64,000 nucleotides of DNA from Clostridia bacterium. Its GTDB lineage: Bacteria > Bacillota > Clostridia > RGIG7378. The notes beneath the pieces are model-generated. The model saw nothing but the letters and a program-made list of their open reading frames with translations, did no database searches and had not been told where the DNA came from. The stretch is from contig JAFYSJ010000034.1 in assembly GCA_017559445.1 (NCBI GenBank), positions 270 through 64,269 on the forward strand. The letters are read 5' to 3'. Positions 40,946 through 51,397 of this stretch are shown in pieces. Position 1 is the first letter of the stretch; each line of letters begins with the position of its first letter. The position numbers were made by a program, and so were the translations under genes.

Positions 40946-41617
40946 CTACTCTTCCTTCATGATATAGCCCATGCCACGCACTGTGTGTATAAGCTTAGGC
41001 TCATAGTTGTCGTCTATCTTCTTACGAAGATAACGAATGTATACGCTGGTGGCATTAGTTCCACCGTCATAGTCAAAGTTCCAGAGATTGTTCTCGATCA
41101 TCTCATGGCTAACAACCTTGTTTTTGTGACGAATCAAGTACTCCAAAAGAGCAAACTCCTTAGTAGAAAGATGAATAACATCCCCTGCTCTCTTAACTGT
41201 ACGTGAAGCCATGTCCACAGACAAATCTGCCACTGTATAAACGTTATGTACAACTCCGTCGTGCTTACGTGTTACTGCACGAAGTCGAGCATATATTTCC
41301 TCGAAAGAAAAGGGCTTAACAATATAGTCATTTGCACCTGCGTCAAGACCAATAACCTTATCGGAAATGGAATCCAAAGCAGTGAGCAAAATTACAGGTG
41401 TATTGTTACCCCTTGATCTCATGGTCTTGAGCACATCGAGTCCACTTACCTTAGGCATCATAATGTCCAAAATAATAGCATCGTATGTTGCCGAATCCAT
41501 GTAATCCAAGGCCTCAGCTCCATCGTGAACACAGTCCACAACGTATCCGTCAGACTTAAACTTTTTGCGCATTATTTCGTTAAGGTCTCTCTCGTCTTCT
41601 GCAATTAAAATACGCAT
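40946..41617 (-). CDS. OmpR-family response regulator
   Basis: 223 aa; receiver (MRILIAEDE, ..DIMMP..) and winged-helix output domain. Confidence 0.92.
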   Translation of the reverse strand: MRILIAEDERDLNEIMRKKFKSDGYVVDCVHDGAEALDYMDSATYDAIILDIMMPKVSGLDVLKTMRSRGNNTPVILLTALDSISDKVIGLDAGANDYIVKPFSFEEIYARLRAVTRKHDGVVHNVYTVADLSVDMASRTVKRAGDVIHLSTKEFALLEYLIRHKNKVVSHEMIENNLWNFDYDGGTNATSVYIRYLRKKIDDNYEPKLIHTVRGMGYIMKEE

Positions 41618-41715
41618 AACTAAACTCCAATAAATTAGTTTCCCTTATAGTAAATAAATCAAATTAAATAACCATTAAACACATTCATTATATATGCAAA
41701 ACCACATATCTCAAA

Positions 41716-41748
41716 ATAATAAAACCGAGGTTTCCCTCGGTTTTATTG
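41716..41748. terminator. Bidirectional terminator hairpin CCGAGG-tttc-CCTCGG flanked by A8 and T4ATT
   Basis: hairpin identical to the one at 63103-63118. Confidence 0.7.
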
Positions 41749-41754
41749 TCATCT

Positions 41755-43008
41755 TTATTCTTCTTCTACTTTTTCAAGTCTCTCAACACGGATTCTCTCA
41801 ATTCTTCTATTGTCGATTTCCTCAACAATAACCTTGAGATTTTCGAATTCAAAGGACTCGCCATTTTCTGGGAAACCATTGAACATCTCCAAAACCCATC
41901 CGCCAACAGTTGTAGAATCTGTCTCTACCAAAGACTCGTTAAGCTCCATGGCTTCAATGAAATCGTCGATGTTCATGTCGCCACTTACATCGAATGTGTC
42001 CTGAGAAAGGTTTGTGAAATCCTCCTCAACCTCATCGGTCTCGTCCCAAATCTCACCAACAAGCTCCTCCAAAACGTCCTCCATGGTCAAAACACCCATT
42101 GTGCCACCAAAGTCGTCTGTTACGATTGCCATGTGTGTCTTATGCTTCTTGAGAGTTGTCATAATAGCTGGCAAAGTCATTGTCTTATAAACATAACATG
42201 TGTCCAGCAAAACATCTGTGATCTTAACATCCTTGTTCTGGGCAATTGCCTTGTACAAGTGGTTTACGTGTAAGATACCGATAATATTATCAATACTATC
42301 CTGATATACAGGCATACGAGTGAAGTTATTCTCCTCGCAAATAGTCAAAATCTCTTCAAGACTATCCTCACAGTCAACTGCAATCATATCTACACGGGGA
42401 GTCATGATCTCCTGAGCTGTTGTGTCATCAAAATCCAAAGCATTCTGCAGAAGTTCTCCCTGCTCCTCGTCAATAACGCCCTCGTCCTCAACTGTCTCGA
42501 TAATAGAAGCAAGTTCGTCCTCTGTAACTCCGCCTTCATCCTGAGCTCCTTTGCTCTTAGATGCAATAGCATGAGCCAAAGCTGTAACTGGCCATACGAG
42601 AGGAAGTGTTACAAACATCAAGATTCTCAAAGGAAGTGCTGCAACCTGTGCAAAAGGTGCAGGAATCTTTTTGGCAATCATCTTGGGAATGCTCTCTCCA
42701 AAGATAAGAACAAGAACTGTCATTACAATTGTTGCCACAACAGATGCCAAATCGTCGTCTGCAATAATCTGCATAAACACAACTGTGGCAAGAGCAGATG
42801 CTGCTACGTTAACCAAGTTGTTGCCAAGCAAGATTGTTGTAATTGCTCTGTCGTACTTGTTGTAAATCCAATATGCTAAGGCGGCGCCCTTTTTGCCTTC
42901 TTCCATTGCCTTTTCCAAACGGAGTTTGCTTGCGGAAGTAAATGCAATTTCAGTTCCAGAGAAGAATGCTGACAGAGCGATTAAAACAGCAATTGTTAAA
43001 TAAATCAT
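41755..43008 (-). CDS. HlyC/CorC-family transporter (DUF21 + CBS pair + CorC_HlyC), paralog B
   Basis: 417 aa; 4 TM DUF21, tandem CBS, C-terminal transporter-associated domain. Confidence 0.85.
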   Translation of the reverse strand: MIYLTIAVLIALSAFFSGTEIAFTSASKLRLEKAMEEGKKGAALAYWIYNKYDRAITTILLGNNLVNVAASALATVVFMQIIADDDLASVVATIVMTVLVLIFGESIPKMIAKKIPAPFAQVAALPLRILMFVTLPLVWPVTALAHAIASKSKGAQDEGGVTEDELASIIETVEDEGVIDEEQGELLQNALDFDDTTAQEIMTPRVDMIAVDCEDSLEEILTICEENNFTRMPVYQDSIDNIIGILHVNHLYKAIAQNKDVKITDVLLDTCYVYKTMTLPAIMTTLKKHKTHMAIVTDDFGGTMGVLTMEDVLEELVGEIWDETDEVEEDFTNLSQDTFDVSGDMNIDDFIEAMELNESLVETDSTTVGGWVLEMFNGFPENGESFEFENLKVIVEEIDNRRIERIRVERLEKVEEE

Positions 43009-44309
43009 TTGTCTGCCTCCTCTGTTTCATCCTCAAAAGGTCCTCTAACCACAACAGCCAAAATACGGTTCTTTTCAACTGTTGTAATAGTTCCCATGAA
43101 CTTCTCAAAAGCAAATGTCAAACCTTCTTTAGGCATGGAATTAATCTGTTCCATGGCCTGTGCTGCCATTGTCTTGGATCCAAGTTCATCTCTATCAAAA
43201 TCGTCGAACTCAATCTCGTCAAAGAAGTCTGCTACAGCGCAGTCGCCCAATACTCTGTAAGTCTTATCCTCAAGACATACTACGGACTCAACAACCTCAT
43301 CGTCCTCGTCCCAAATGTCGCCTACGAGCTCCTCAAGTATATCCTCTGTGGAAACAAGACCCATTGTGCCACCAAAATCATCTGTAATAATAGCAATCTG
43401 TGTCTTAGCTGCGCTCATCTGGTTAAGGAGGTCATCTGCCTTAACGCTACTGTGTGCAAAGTAAGGTGCATCCAACATTTCTGTAATGTCAGAAACATCA
43501 CCACCAGAAATGTATCTGCGCAAATACTTACGAATAGGCAAAACACCTACGATATTGTCCTCTGTATCCTTATATACAGGGAGACGTGAATGCTTAGTGT
43601 CCATAACAAGAGCTGTGATCTCATCTGGAGTCATGTCCATGTTAAGGGCAACCATATCTACTCGAGCTGTCAAAATATCTCCTGCTGTCTTATCATCAAA
43701 GAGAAGTGCAGACTTAACAAGCTCAGTCTTTTCGTCATCCATGGAGCCCTCTTCGTTAATATCCTCGATAATATCAAAGAGTTCATCCTCAGTAACAGTT
43801 GCCTCCTCCTGAACCTTAACAATCTTGGCAAAAAGACTGCCAATAGATGTAAGAGCCTTGGAGAAAGGTTTAAAGATAACACAAAGCGCACCTACAAACC
43901 CTGTGGTGCTCAAAGCCATTCTCTCACTATTTGATTTTGCAATAGTTTTGGGGATTGATTCTCCAAAAATAAAGATAATCAAAGTAACCACAATAGTGGT
44001 TATTGCTATGTAAGAATCATCACCTGCAGATGCAAACATCTGTGCCGCAAATGTTGTAGCGATTGCAGAGCAAGCAATGTTAACTATGTTATTACCAATA
44101 AGTAGTGCTGAAACAAGTTCATCATACTTTTCCAAGAGTTTGAGGGTCTTGGTAGCCCTGCTGTCGCCCTTGTCTGACAAGGACATAATTTTAAATTTAT
44201 TTAGTGATGCAAAGGAAGTTTCAGTTGCGGAGAAAACTCCTGAAAAAATCACTAACACGGCGAACAGGCATAATCGCAACCATTCGTCATTATCCATTAA
44301 AAAAACCAA
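43005..44309 (-). CDS. HlyC/CorC-family transporter (DUF21 + CBS pair + CorC_HlyC), paralog A
   Basis: 434 aa; same architecture; overlaps the downstream paralog by 4 nt. Confidence 0.85.
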   Translation of the reverse strand: MVFLMDNDEWLRLCLFAVLVIFSGVFSATETSFASLNKFKIMSLSDKGDSRATKTLKLLEKYDELVSALLIGNNIVNIACSAIATTFAAQMFASAGDDSYIAITTIVVTLIIFIFGESIPKTIAKSNSERMALSTTGFVGALCVIFKPFSKALTSIGSLFAKIVKVQEEATVTEDELFDIIEDINEEGSMDDEKTELVKSALLFDDKTAGDILTARVDMVALNMDMTPDEITALVMDTKHSRLPVYKDTEDNIVGVLPIRKYLRRYISGGDVSDITEMLDAPYFAHSSVKADDLLNQMSAAKTQIAIITDDFGGTMGLVSTEDILEELVGDIWDEDDEVVESVVCLEDKTYRVLGDCAVADFFDEIEFDDFDRDELGSKTMAAQAMEQINSMPKEGLTFAFEKFMGTITTVEKNRILAVVVRGPFEDETEEADK

Positions 44310-44363
44310 CTCCTTTAATATGAATTCAATTGGGGATTATATCACGGAAGTAAATTAGTGTAA

Positions 44364-44399
44364 AGGAAAGCAAAACAGAGGCCCCAATGGAACCTCTGT
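44364..44399 (-). terminator. Terminator after serA (CAGAGGCCCCAATGGAACCTCTG + U-run on minus)
   Basis: hairpin near-identical to the hpf terminator at 18871. Confidence 0.55.
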
Positions 44400-44421
44400 A
44401 GCTTCGGTTACTTTATTAAAT

Positions 44422-45588
44422 TTATCCTCTGATAATTCTAACCTTGAGAACATTATCAATCTGGGACAACTCATCCATCAGGCTATCTTCGACGTCTGTG
44501 TTTGTCTGGATTACCATGTAGGAGTACTTGCCCTTAGAAGAGGACTGCATATCTTCGATGTTAATATGATCCTCACCAAAGACCTTAGTTACGTTAGTAA
44601 TAACAGCGGGCTCGTTTCTGTGGAGAACGCAAACCTTATTCTTAGCTGCATTATTAACCTCCATATCTGGGAAGTTAACGGAGTTCTTAATAGAACCTGT
44701 CTCCAAGTAGTCTGCCATCTGCTCGGATGCCATAATTGCACAGTTCTCCTCTGCCTCTTCTGTACCAGAAGCCAAGTGAGGAATACATACACAGTTAGGA
44801 ACACCAAGCATATCATCTGTTGGGAAGTCTACGTAGTACTTAGAAATCTTACCACTAGCAAGGCCATCTCTAACTGCTGCATTATCTGCAAGCTCTGCTC
44901 TAGAGAAGTTAAGAATTACAACACCATCCTTCATATGGGAAATAGCTGTTGCATCAATAGAACCTCTTGTGGACTCAACCAGCGGAACGTGGTATGTAAT
45001 AATGTCGCACTCTGCGAGAACCTGCTTAGATGTTGCATTCTTAACCTTACGAGAAATGCTCCATGCAGACTTAATGGAAAGATATGGGTCATAACCATAT
45101 ACTTCCATACCAAGGTCTACTGCTGCGTTAGCAACCATAGCACCAATAGCACCAAGTCCTACAACACCAAGCTTCTTGCCCTTAATTTCGTTACCGACGA
45201 ACTGACCCTTGCCCTTCTCAACCATAGGAGGAACCTGATCTCCATTGCCGGCCAATGTCTTAGTCCACTCAACAGCATCCAAAAGGTTTCTGCGGGACAT
45301 AAGGAGTGTAGCAACTACCAATTCCTTAACAGCATTAGCATTAGCGCCTGGAGTATTAAATACAACAATACCATTCTCAGAGCACTTATCTACTGGAATG
45401 TTGTTTGTACCAGCACCTGCTCTAGCAATAGCCTTAAGGTCTGGAGAGAATGTCTCATCATGAAGCTTAGCGCTACGTACGAGGATACCATCGTAGTTAG
45501 CCAACGCATCAGAAACGCAGTATGTACCAGCAACCATTCTGTCGTAGATTGCCTTGGAAATCTTGTTGTATGTCTTAATATTAATCAT
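44422..45588 (-). CDS. serA: D-3-phosphoglycerate dehydrogenase with C-terminal ACT domain
   Basis: 2-hydroxyacid dehydrogenase NAD-binding GLGAIGAMVAN; C-terminal ACT fold; ATG at 45588 with GGAGG RBS. Confidence 0.85.
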   Translation of the reverse strand: MINIKTYNKISKAIYDRMVAGTYCVSDALANYDGILVRSAKLHDETFSPDLKAIARAGAGTNNIPVDKCSENGIVVFNTPGANANAVKELVVATLLMSRRNLLDAVEWTKTLAGNGDQVPPMVEKGKGQFVGNEIKGKKLGVVGLGAIGAMVANAAVDLGMEVYGYDPYLSIKSAWSISRKVKNATSKQVLAECDIITYHVPLVESTRGSIDATAISHMKDGVVILNFSRAELADNAAVRDGLASGKISKYYVDFPTDDMLGVPNCVCIPHLASGTEEAEENCAIMASEQMADYLETGSIKNSVNFPDMEVNNAAKNKVCVLHRNEPAVITNVTKVFGEDHINIEDMQSSSKGKYSYMVIQTNTDVEDSLMDELSQIDNVLKVRIIRG

Positions 45589-45695
45589 GTTTTCCGCCTC
45601 CAAAAATGGCAAGTTTTATCCTATTCTAGAAGTATGAAAATCAAAAATCAAGGCATCTGAAATCCGCGTGAATTTACGACTAAAAAGCATCATGT

Positions 45696-45733
45696 AAATA
45701 TAGAAAAGCCGCACACCATGTGGTGTACGGCTT
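45696..45733 (-). terminator. Terminator after the PhoA-like gene (GCCGCACACCA-tg-TGGTGTACGGC + U-run on minus)
   Basis: long hairpin plus TTTTCTAT. Confidence 0.6.
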
Positions 45734-45763
45734 AATTAAGTACTTGTTTAGTTTTAAGAATTA

Positions 45764-47746
45764 TTACTTCTTCTTAAGAACAACAACCATAACAACTACG
45801 ATAGCGATGATTGCAACTGCACCAACTGCAAGAGGAATAACGAACTCAGGAAGCTCTGCCTTGTCGTCTGTCTTATCCTCTGCTGGAATCTCAACTGTCT
45901 CTGCTACATCGTGAACAGAAGCATATGCATCTGTCTCAACTGTTGTTACATCATAGTTATCCATTGTGTTGATATTTGCACCAACTGTTACATAGTCAAC
46001 AAGAACCTCATCTGCCTTAGCAAATGTACCTGTTACCTTAACTGTAACCTTAGTAAGATCTGCAACTGCCTTCAAGGAGAAGAAGTAGCAACCCTGATCT
46101 GCGAAGTAGTTGGATGCTCCATCAAGAGCCTGCTCACGAAGAACGTTACCATTCTCATCTGTAATAACGATATTTGTAGCACCTGCTGGAACCTTAACAG
46201 CAAGAGTCAACATAGCGTGTGCGCCTGTGTTCATGTTGTTAAGAGTGAACTTAATCTCAGATGTCTCTGCCTTAGCTGCGATACCAAGAACCTTACCCTC
46301 AATATAAGTTACCTTTTCCTCAGTAGCCTCTGTCTTACCCCACTCACCAGCAATAACTGGAGCGATGTCGTACTCTGGCCACTCATCAGCTGGCATACCG
46401 AAATCCTCAACACCCATTGCATATGCCATAAGCTTACCAACCTGGCAGTTGAAAAGCTTCTCATTTGCGAAGAGCTTAGCATACTCCTCATAACCAAGTG
46501 CAAATACTGGAACGTCCTGGTTAGAGTGGCTAGAAGATGTGTACTTAACCTTAGAGAGATCGGACTCCCAACCATTCTTAAGCTTCATACCGCCTGTCTC
46601 GTGGTCAGCTGTAAATACTACCAATGTATCTGGGTTCTCACATGCGAACTTAAGGCAAATAGCTACCATTTCGTCTGTTGCGCGATACTCAATAACACCC
46701 CACTCAACTTCCTGTGCGTGGCCAGCCATATCTGTACCTGTGTTCTCAAACATCATGAAGAAGCCAACGTTGTTGTTTGCCTCGGACTTAGCCTGAAGCC
46801 ATGTAAGAGAGAATGCTGTCATCATAGAGATTGTAGCATTACCGGAGCTCTTAATTGTTGCATAATCGAAGTAGTTATAGATACAGCAAGACTGATTCAA
46901 GTTCTCTGCAGAGAAACCTGTTGTATCTGTGATGTTTGGAAGGTCTACCCAAAGCTTATTGTGGTTGTAGTTAGCCTCTGCCTCTGCCCAATTCTTTGCA
47001 AGATATACATCATCCTCTGCGGAAACATACTGTGTTGGGCTGTAGTCATTTGTACCAACACCGATCCAAAGGTCAGGAGCAAATGTACCCATCTGCTTAC
47101 CCTTAGCGCTATCATTTCTCTCACAGTGTGCACCACCGAAAGCAGCAGGAGTAGCATCATAGGACCAGTCTGTTGTTACGATACCAATAATCTTACCAAA
47201 CTTCTCTCTAAGAACCTCAGCAAGAGTAGGAATCTCATTCTTTTTAACGTCAATAGCCATGTAGCCGTAAGCTGTCTTGTAACCTGTAGCAAGAGCAGTA
47301 CCACCAGCTGCAGAGTCTGTTGTTACGTTAGCCTTAAGCGTAGTTGGGTTAAGGGAGTTTGTTCTATGAGAACCCTGATATGGCATCTCATTAACAATCA
47401 AGTTACCAGATACATACTCTGTGAATGTGATTTCTGGGAATCCACCACCATCAGTAAATGCACAAATTAAGTTGTTAGGCTTAACAAATGTTGTAGATGT
47501 AAGTGCTGCAATAAGCTGGTCATTAACGTTAGTAATAGAAGCATTACCACCTGTTGCACCAAGGTTTACTGCAGGAAGATTGGTCTGGCCACCGAGAGTA
47601 GCGTTAACCTTCCATGTGTAAAGAGTCTCATCAACTTCCCACATCTCACCAAGATCACGATTTGCATAATCACTTGCCATAGCAAATGAAGAAACTGCAA
47701 ATACGAGAACGAGAGAAAGGCAAAGTGCTATAAGTACCTTTTTCAT
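45764..47746 (-). CDS. Alkaline phosphatase (PhoA family) with signal peptide, extra C-terminal beta-rich domain and C-terminal TM anchor
   Basis: 660 aa; active-site motifs VTDSAAGGTALATGYKT and FTADHETGG; C-terminal hydrophobic helix + KKK. Confidence 0.8.
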   Translation of the reverse strand: MKKVLIALCLSLVLVFAVSSFAMASDYANRDLGEMWEVDETLYTWKVNATLGGQTNLPAVNLGATGGNASITNVNDQLIAALTSTTFVKPNNLICAFTDGGGFPEITFTEYVSGNLIVNEMPYQGSHRTNSLNPTTLKANVTTDSAAGGTALATGYKTAYGYMAIDVKKNEIPTLAEVLREKFGKIIGIVTTDWSYDATPAAFGGAHCERNDSAKGKQMGTFAPDLWIGVGTNDYSPTQYVSAEDDVYLAKNWAEAEANYNHNKLWVDLPNITDTTGFSAENLNQSCCIYNYFDYATIKSSGNATISMMTAFSLTWLQAKSEANNNVGFFMMFENTGTDMAGHAQEVEWGVIEYRATDEMVAICLKFACENPDTLVVFTADHETGGMKLKNGWESDLSKVKYTSSSHSNQDVPVFALGYEEYAKLFANEKLFNCQVGKLMAYAMGVEDFGMPADEWPEYDIAPVIAGEWGKTEATEEKVTYIEGKVLGIAAKAETSEIKFTLNNMNTGAHAMLTLAVKVPAGATNIVITDENGNVLREQALDGASNYFADQGCYFFSLKAVADLTKVTVKVTGTFAKADEVLVDYVTVGANINTMDNYDVTTVETDAYASVHDVAETVEIPAEDKTDDKAELPEFVIPLAVGAVAIIAIVVVMVVVLKKK

Positions 47747-47876
47747 AAAAGTTCCTCCAAATTATATTTTGATATCTACATTATACGATAACGCAAATCT
47801 ATTTCAAGCAATTTTTGTAAGTTGTTAACATTTTGGACAAATTTGCATACATTAAAATACAAACCTCTGGAGTCCT

Positions 47877-49049
47877 TTGATGACATATTTAGACAATAGC
47901 GCAACTTCTTATCCCAAAGTACCTGAATTAGGCTCTGTAACCTCTTCATTTATCCAAGAACCACATGGCAATCCTGGTCGCGGAATAAACAGCAACACTA
48001 CAAAATCCGCAAAGATATTACAAGATTTAAGAATCAAAGCATCTTCACTCCTAGGTATATCAAATCCACTTAGAGTTGCTCTTGTTCCCTCCTCCACATA
48101 CGCCATAAATACTGCGATTTACTCTTGCATTACTAATATTAAAAACATCGCTTTTGTTATTTCACCCATGGAGCACAACGCCGTTACAAGGCCACTATGG
48201 AAATATAAGGAAACCATGAACTTTCCTGTTGTAATTTCAGGTGGAAAAGGCATGTTAATGGACCCTGTTATCCTGAGAAACAACATCCAATCCCTAAAAG
48301 ATCAGGGCAAAAATGTGGTTGTAATAGTGACACTTTCATCAAACATAACTGGTCACGTCAACAACGTTACTGGAATATCCTCTATTTGCTACGAAACGAA
48401 CTCTACACTCATTCTAGATGCTTCTCAAGGTGCTGGTAGCATTGGCATTAACGTGGCAGGACTAAAGCGATTAGACTATATGGCCATCCCTGGTCACAAA
48501 GGTCTCATGGGACCTCAAGGAACTGGGCTCCTGTACGTTAGCCCCAAAAGTCCTGTGGTCCCCTTAATCCTAGGTGGAACTGGCACAGGCATGTACGATA
48601 AAATGACGGATGTTATGCCAGATATTTTGGAAAGTGGAACTCTTAACTTGCCCGGTTTAGTTGGTCTTTCATATGCCATTGACTACGTAGCCTCTGTAAC
48701 GCCACAAAAACTACTGACACATAAACAAAACATGTGCAGGATCATTTCTACACGCCTTTCTAAACAGCCTGGAATAAAGGCTGTGACGGATCCATCTTTT
48801 TATAATAGTGGTATATATTCCTTTAATATAGAAGGCCTGGATTCTCAGCAAGTGTCCGGAATATTAGATAAAGATTACGGAATCACTGTCCGTGGTGGTT
48901 TTCACTGTTCTCCTCTAGGTCACCTAAACCTGGGTACATCCAATTTAGGTGCCGTCAGAGTAAGCCCTGGAGCTTTTACCACAGAAAAAGAAATGCAGTA
49001 TGCCTGTGACAGCATACTGCATATAGTTTCTATTAAAGATAAATATTAG
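47877..49049 (+). CDS. Class-V aminotransferase-fold cysteine desulfurase (NifS/SufS/CsdA-like)
   Basis: 390 aa; PLP-Lys (PGHKG), catalytic-Cys motif GGFHCS. Confidence 0.8.
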   Translation: MMTYLDNSATSYPKVPELGSVTSSFIQEPHGNPGRGINSNTTKSAKILQDLRIKASSLLGISNPLRVALVPSSTYAINTAIYSCITNIKNIAFVISPMEHNAVTRPLWKYKETMNFPVVISGGKGMLMDPVILRNNIQSLKDQGKNVVVIVTLSSNITGHVNNVTGISSICYETNSTLILDASQGAGSIGINVAGLKRLDYMAIPGHKGLMGPQGTGLLYVSPKSPVVPLILGGTGTGMYDKMTDVMPDILESGTLNLPGLVGLSYAIDYVASVTPQKLLTHKQNMCRIISTRLSKQPGIKAVTDPSFYNSGIYSFNIEGLDSQQVSGILDKDYGITVRGGFHCSPLGHLNLGTSNLGAVRVSPGAFTTEKEMQYACDSILHIVSIKDKY

Positions 49050-51025
49050 AGCATTGCCTTTGCCTTAGCAGCAATAGACTCACCTGTGAAGCCGAACTCT
49101 GCGAAGAGCTGGTTAGCAGGAGCAGATGCACCGAATGTATCTACTGTTACGAACTGACCGTCCATGCCAGCATACTTGTGCCAACCGAAGGATGTGCCAG
49201 CCTCAACAACCAATCTCTTAGAGCAAGAAGCAGGAAGAACGCTATCTCTATACTCCTTGGACTGCTTATCAAAGAGCTCCATAGAAGGCATGCTTACAAG
49301 TCTAACCTTAATACCCTCTGCATTAAGAATGTTCCATGCATCGAGAGAAGGAGCAACCTCAGCACCGCTGGAGATGATAATGAGCTCAGGCTCGCCATCG
49401 CAATCCTTAAGTGCATAAGCACCCTTGCGACACTCAGCAGAGCTAGAATCCAATACAGGCAAGTTCTGTCTAGATGTTACGAGAACATAAGGTGTGTCTG
49501 TGGACTCAACTGCCATAGCCATACCGTGCATTGTCTCTGTGTAATCAGCAGGTCTGAATGTAATAACGCCAGGCATGCTACGGAACTGAGCCAAGTGCTC
49601 TACAGGCTGGTGTGTAGGTCCATCCTCGCCTACGCCGATACTGTCGTGGCTGAAGATATAAAGTACTGGCAACTGCATAAGAGCAGACATTCTAACAGAA
49701 TGCTTCATGTAGTCAGAGAATACAAAGAATGTGGAAGCAAATGTTCTAAAACCACCATGAGCCTGAATACCGTTGCAGATAGCGCCCATTGCGTGCTCTC
49801 TAATACCGAACAAAATGTTACGTCCAAGTCTATCCTCATCAGAGAATGTGCCGCAACCCTTCATAACTGTGTTGTTAGAAGATGCAAGGTCTGCAGAACC
49901 ACCTACTAAATTAGGCATGTTCTTAGCAAGCTTCTGAAGGAGCTTACCACATGCTGCTCTAGTAGCCATAGCGCCATCTTCCTTAACTGCGTAGTCAGGA
50001 TCTGCTGCCAATGCCTTAGCTGCTGCCTCTGGATCCATAGCCATCTGCCATGCTGCAAAGTCCTCGGGGTACTTTGTCTCATAGATAGCCATGCGCTTGG
50101 ACCACAAATCGTGAGCCTTAACGCCACGCTGTGCCTTAGTAGCTGCGTAGTCATAAACTTCCTGAGGAATTGTGAAGGGCTCATAGTCCCAACCCAAGTT
50201 AGCTCTAGTAGCTGCTACGTTATCTGCGCCAAGTGGTGCACCGTGAGAAGATGCGCTACCCTGCTTAGCGGGACAACCATAACCAATCTGAGTCTTAACA
50301 ATAATCAAAGAGGGGTGCTTGTCCTGAGAAGCTGCCTTATCAAGAGCATCCTTAATAGCATCGCAATCGTTGCCATCCTCTACTGTATAAACATCCCATC
50401 CCTGAGAAGCGAATCTAGCTGCTACATCCTCTCTAAATGTACCATCTGTATCACCCTCGATAGTGATGTTGTTGGAATCATAAATAACTGTAAGCTTAGA
50501 CAAAGCCAATGTGCCTGCAAGAGAAGCTGCCTCGTAAGAAAGGCCCTCCATCATACAGCCGTCACCACAAAGTGCGTATGTTCTGTGGTTAACAATTGGA
50601 AGTCCAGGCTTGTTGAAACGAGCAGCAAGCTGTGCCTCTGCAATAGCCATACCTACTGCGTTAGCAATACCCTGTCCAAGTGGACCTGTGCTAATCTCTA
50701 CACCAGGAGTAACTCCAAGCTCTGGATGACCAGGTGTGCGGCTATTTCTCTGGCGGAAATTCTTAATATCCTCCATGGATACCTCATATCCAAAAATATG
50801 AAGAAGAGAATACATTAACATAGATCCGTGACCTGCGGAGAGAACGAAACGGTCTCTGTTGGGCCAAGCTGGATCTGCTGGGTCGAAATTCATCATGTCT
50901 GCCCACAATGTGTAGGCCATAGGTGCAGCGCCAAGTGGCAAACCGGGGTGTCCGGAATTAGCCTTCTGAATAGCCTCTGCTGAAAGAACTCTGATTGCGT
51001 TGATGCTAAGATCACGTGTACTCAT
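49046..51025 (-). CDS. tkt: Transketolase
   Basis: 659 aa; ThDP motif ..GHPG.., GDGCMMEG; convergent 4-nt overlap with the desulfurase gene. Confidence 0.95.
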   Translation of the reverse strand: MSTRDLSINAIRVLSAEAIQKANSGHPGLPLGAAPMAYTLWADMMNFDPADPAWPNRDRFVLSAGHGSMLMYSLLHIFGYEVSMEDIKNFRQRNSRTPGHPELGVTPGVEISTGPLGQGIANAVGMAIAEAQLAARFNKPGLPIVNHRTYALCGDGCMMEGLSYEAASLAGTLALSKLTVIYDSNNITIEGDTDGTFREDVAARFASQGWDVYTVEDGNDCDAIKDALDKAASQDKHPSLIIVKTQIGYGCPAKQGSASSHGAPLGADNVAATRANLGWDYEPFTIPQEVYDYAATKAQRGVKAHDLWSKRMAIYETKYPEDFAAWQMAMDPEAAAKALAADPDYAVKEDGAMATRAACGKLLQKLAKNMPNLVGGSADLASSNNTVMKGCGTFSDEDRLGRNILFGIREHAMGAICNGIQAHGGFRTFASTFFVFSDYMKHSVRMSALMQLPVLYIFSHDSIGVGEDGPTHQPVEHLAQFRSMPGVITFRPADYTETMHGMAMAVESTDTPYVLVTSRQNLPVLDSSSAECRKGAYALKDCDGEPELIIISSGAEVAPSLDAWNILNAEGIKVRLVSMPSMELFDKQSKEYRDSVLPASCSKRLVVEAGTSFGWHKYAGMDGQFVTVDTFGASAPANQLFAEFGFTGESIAAKAKAML

Positions 51026-51190
51026 AATTATCGCGCTGCAAAGTGCAGCTGCCTCCTAAATCTTTCATACTGGGTATGTTTATTCATAATAACCCATAAT
51101 AAATGACATTATACCCTTATAAGCATTTTTTTACAATCTTATGGGCAAAAAAGTCCCGCAAAAATTCTACAAAAAATTTTAAAAAAATGT

Positions 51191-51220
51191 GTTGACATAA
51201 AGAAACTTTCCGGTATAATA
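51191..51220 (+). promoter_or_regulatory. Sigma-A promoter of the tRNA-Glu/tRNA-Thr operon (TTGACA-16/17-TATAAT)
   Basis: consensus hexamers ~18 nt upstream of the tRNA-Glu 5' end. Confidence 0.65.
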
Positions 51221-51238
51221 GTCCTTGCTGGTCGCGAT

Positions 51239-51314
51239 GGCCCTATGGTCAAGAGGCCTAAGACACCGCCCTTTCACGGCGGTAACACGAGTTCGAATCT
51301 CGTTAGGGTCACCA
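51239..51314 (+). tRNA. tRNA-Glu (anticodon TTC)
   Basis: GGCCCTATGGTCAAGAGGCCTAAGACACCGCCCTTTCACGGCGG...GGGTCACCA. Confidence 0.9.
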
Positions 51315-51318
51315 GTTT

Positions 51319-51394
51319 GCTGGCGTAGCTCAGTTGGTAGAGCAGCTGATTTGTAATCAGCAGGTCGGGGGTTCAAGTCCGTCCACCAGCTCCA
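51319..51394 (+). tRNA. tRNA-Thr (anticodon TGT); one acceptor-stem (C6:A67) and one T-stem mismatch
   Basis: GCTGGCGTAGCTCAGTTGGTAGAGCAGCTGATTTGTAATCAGCAGGTCGGGGGTTCAAGTCCGTCCACCAGCTCCA. Confidence 0.7.
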
Positions 51395-51397
51395 GAC

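Noticed and set aside
45911-47470. 519-aa plus-strand ORF
   Set aside because: Antisense to the PhoA-family gene; composition artefact.
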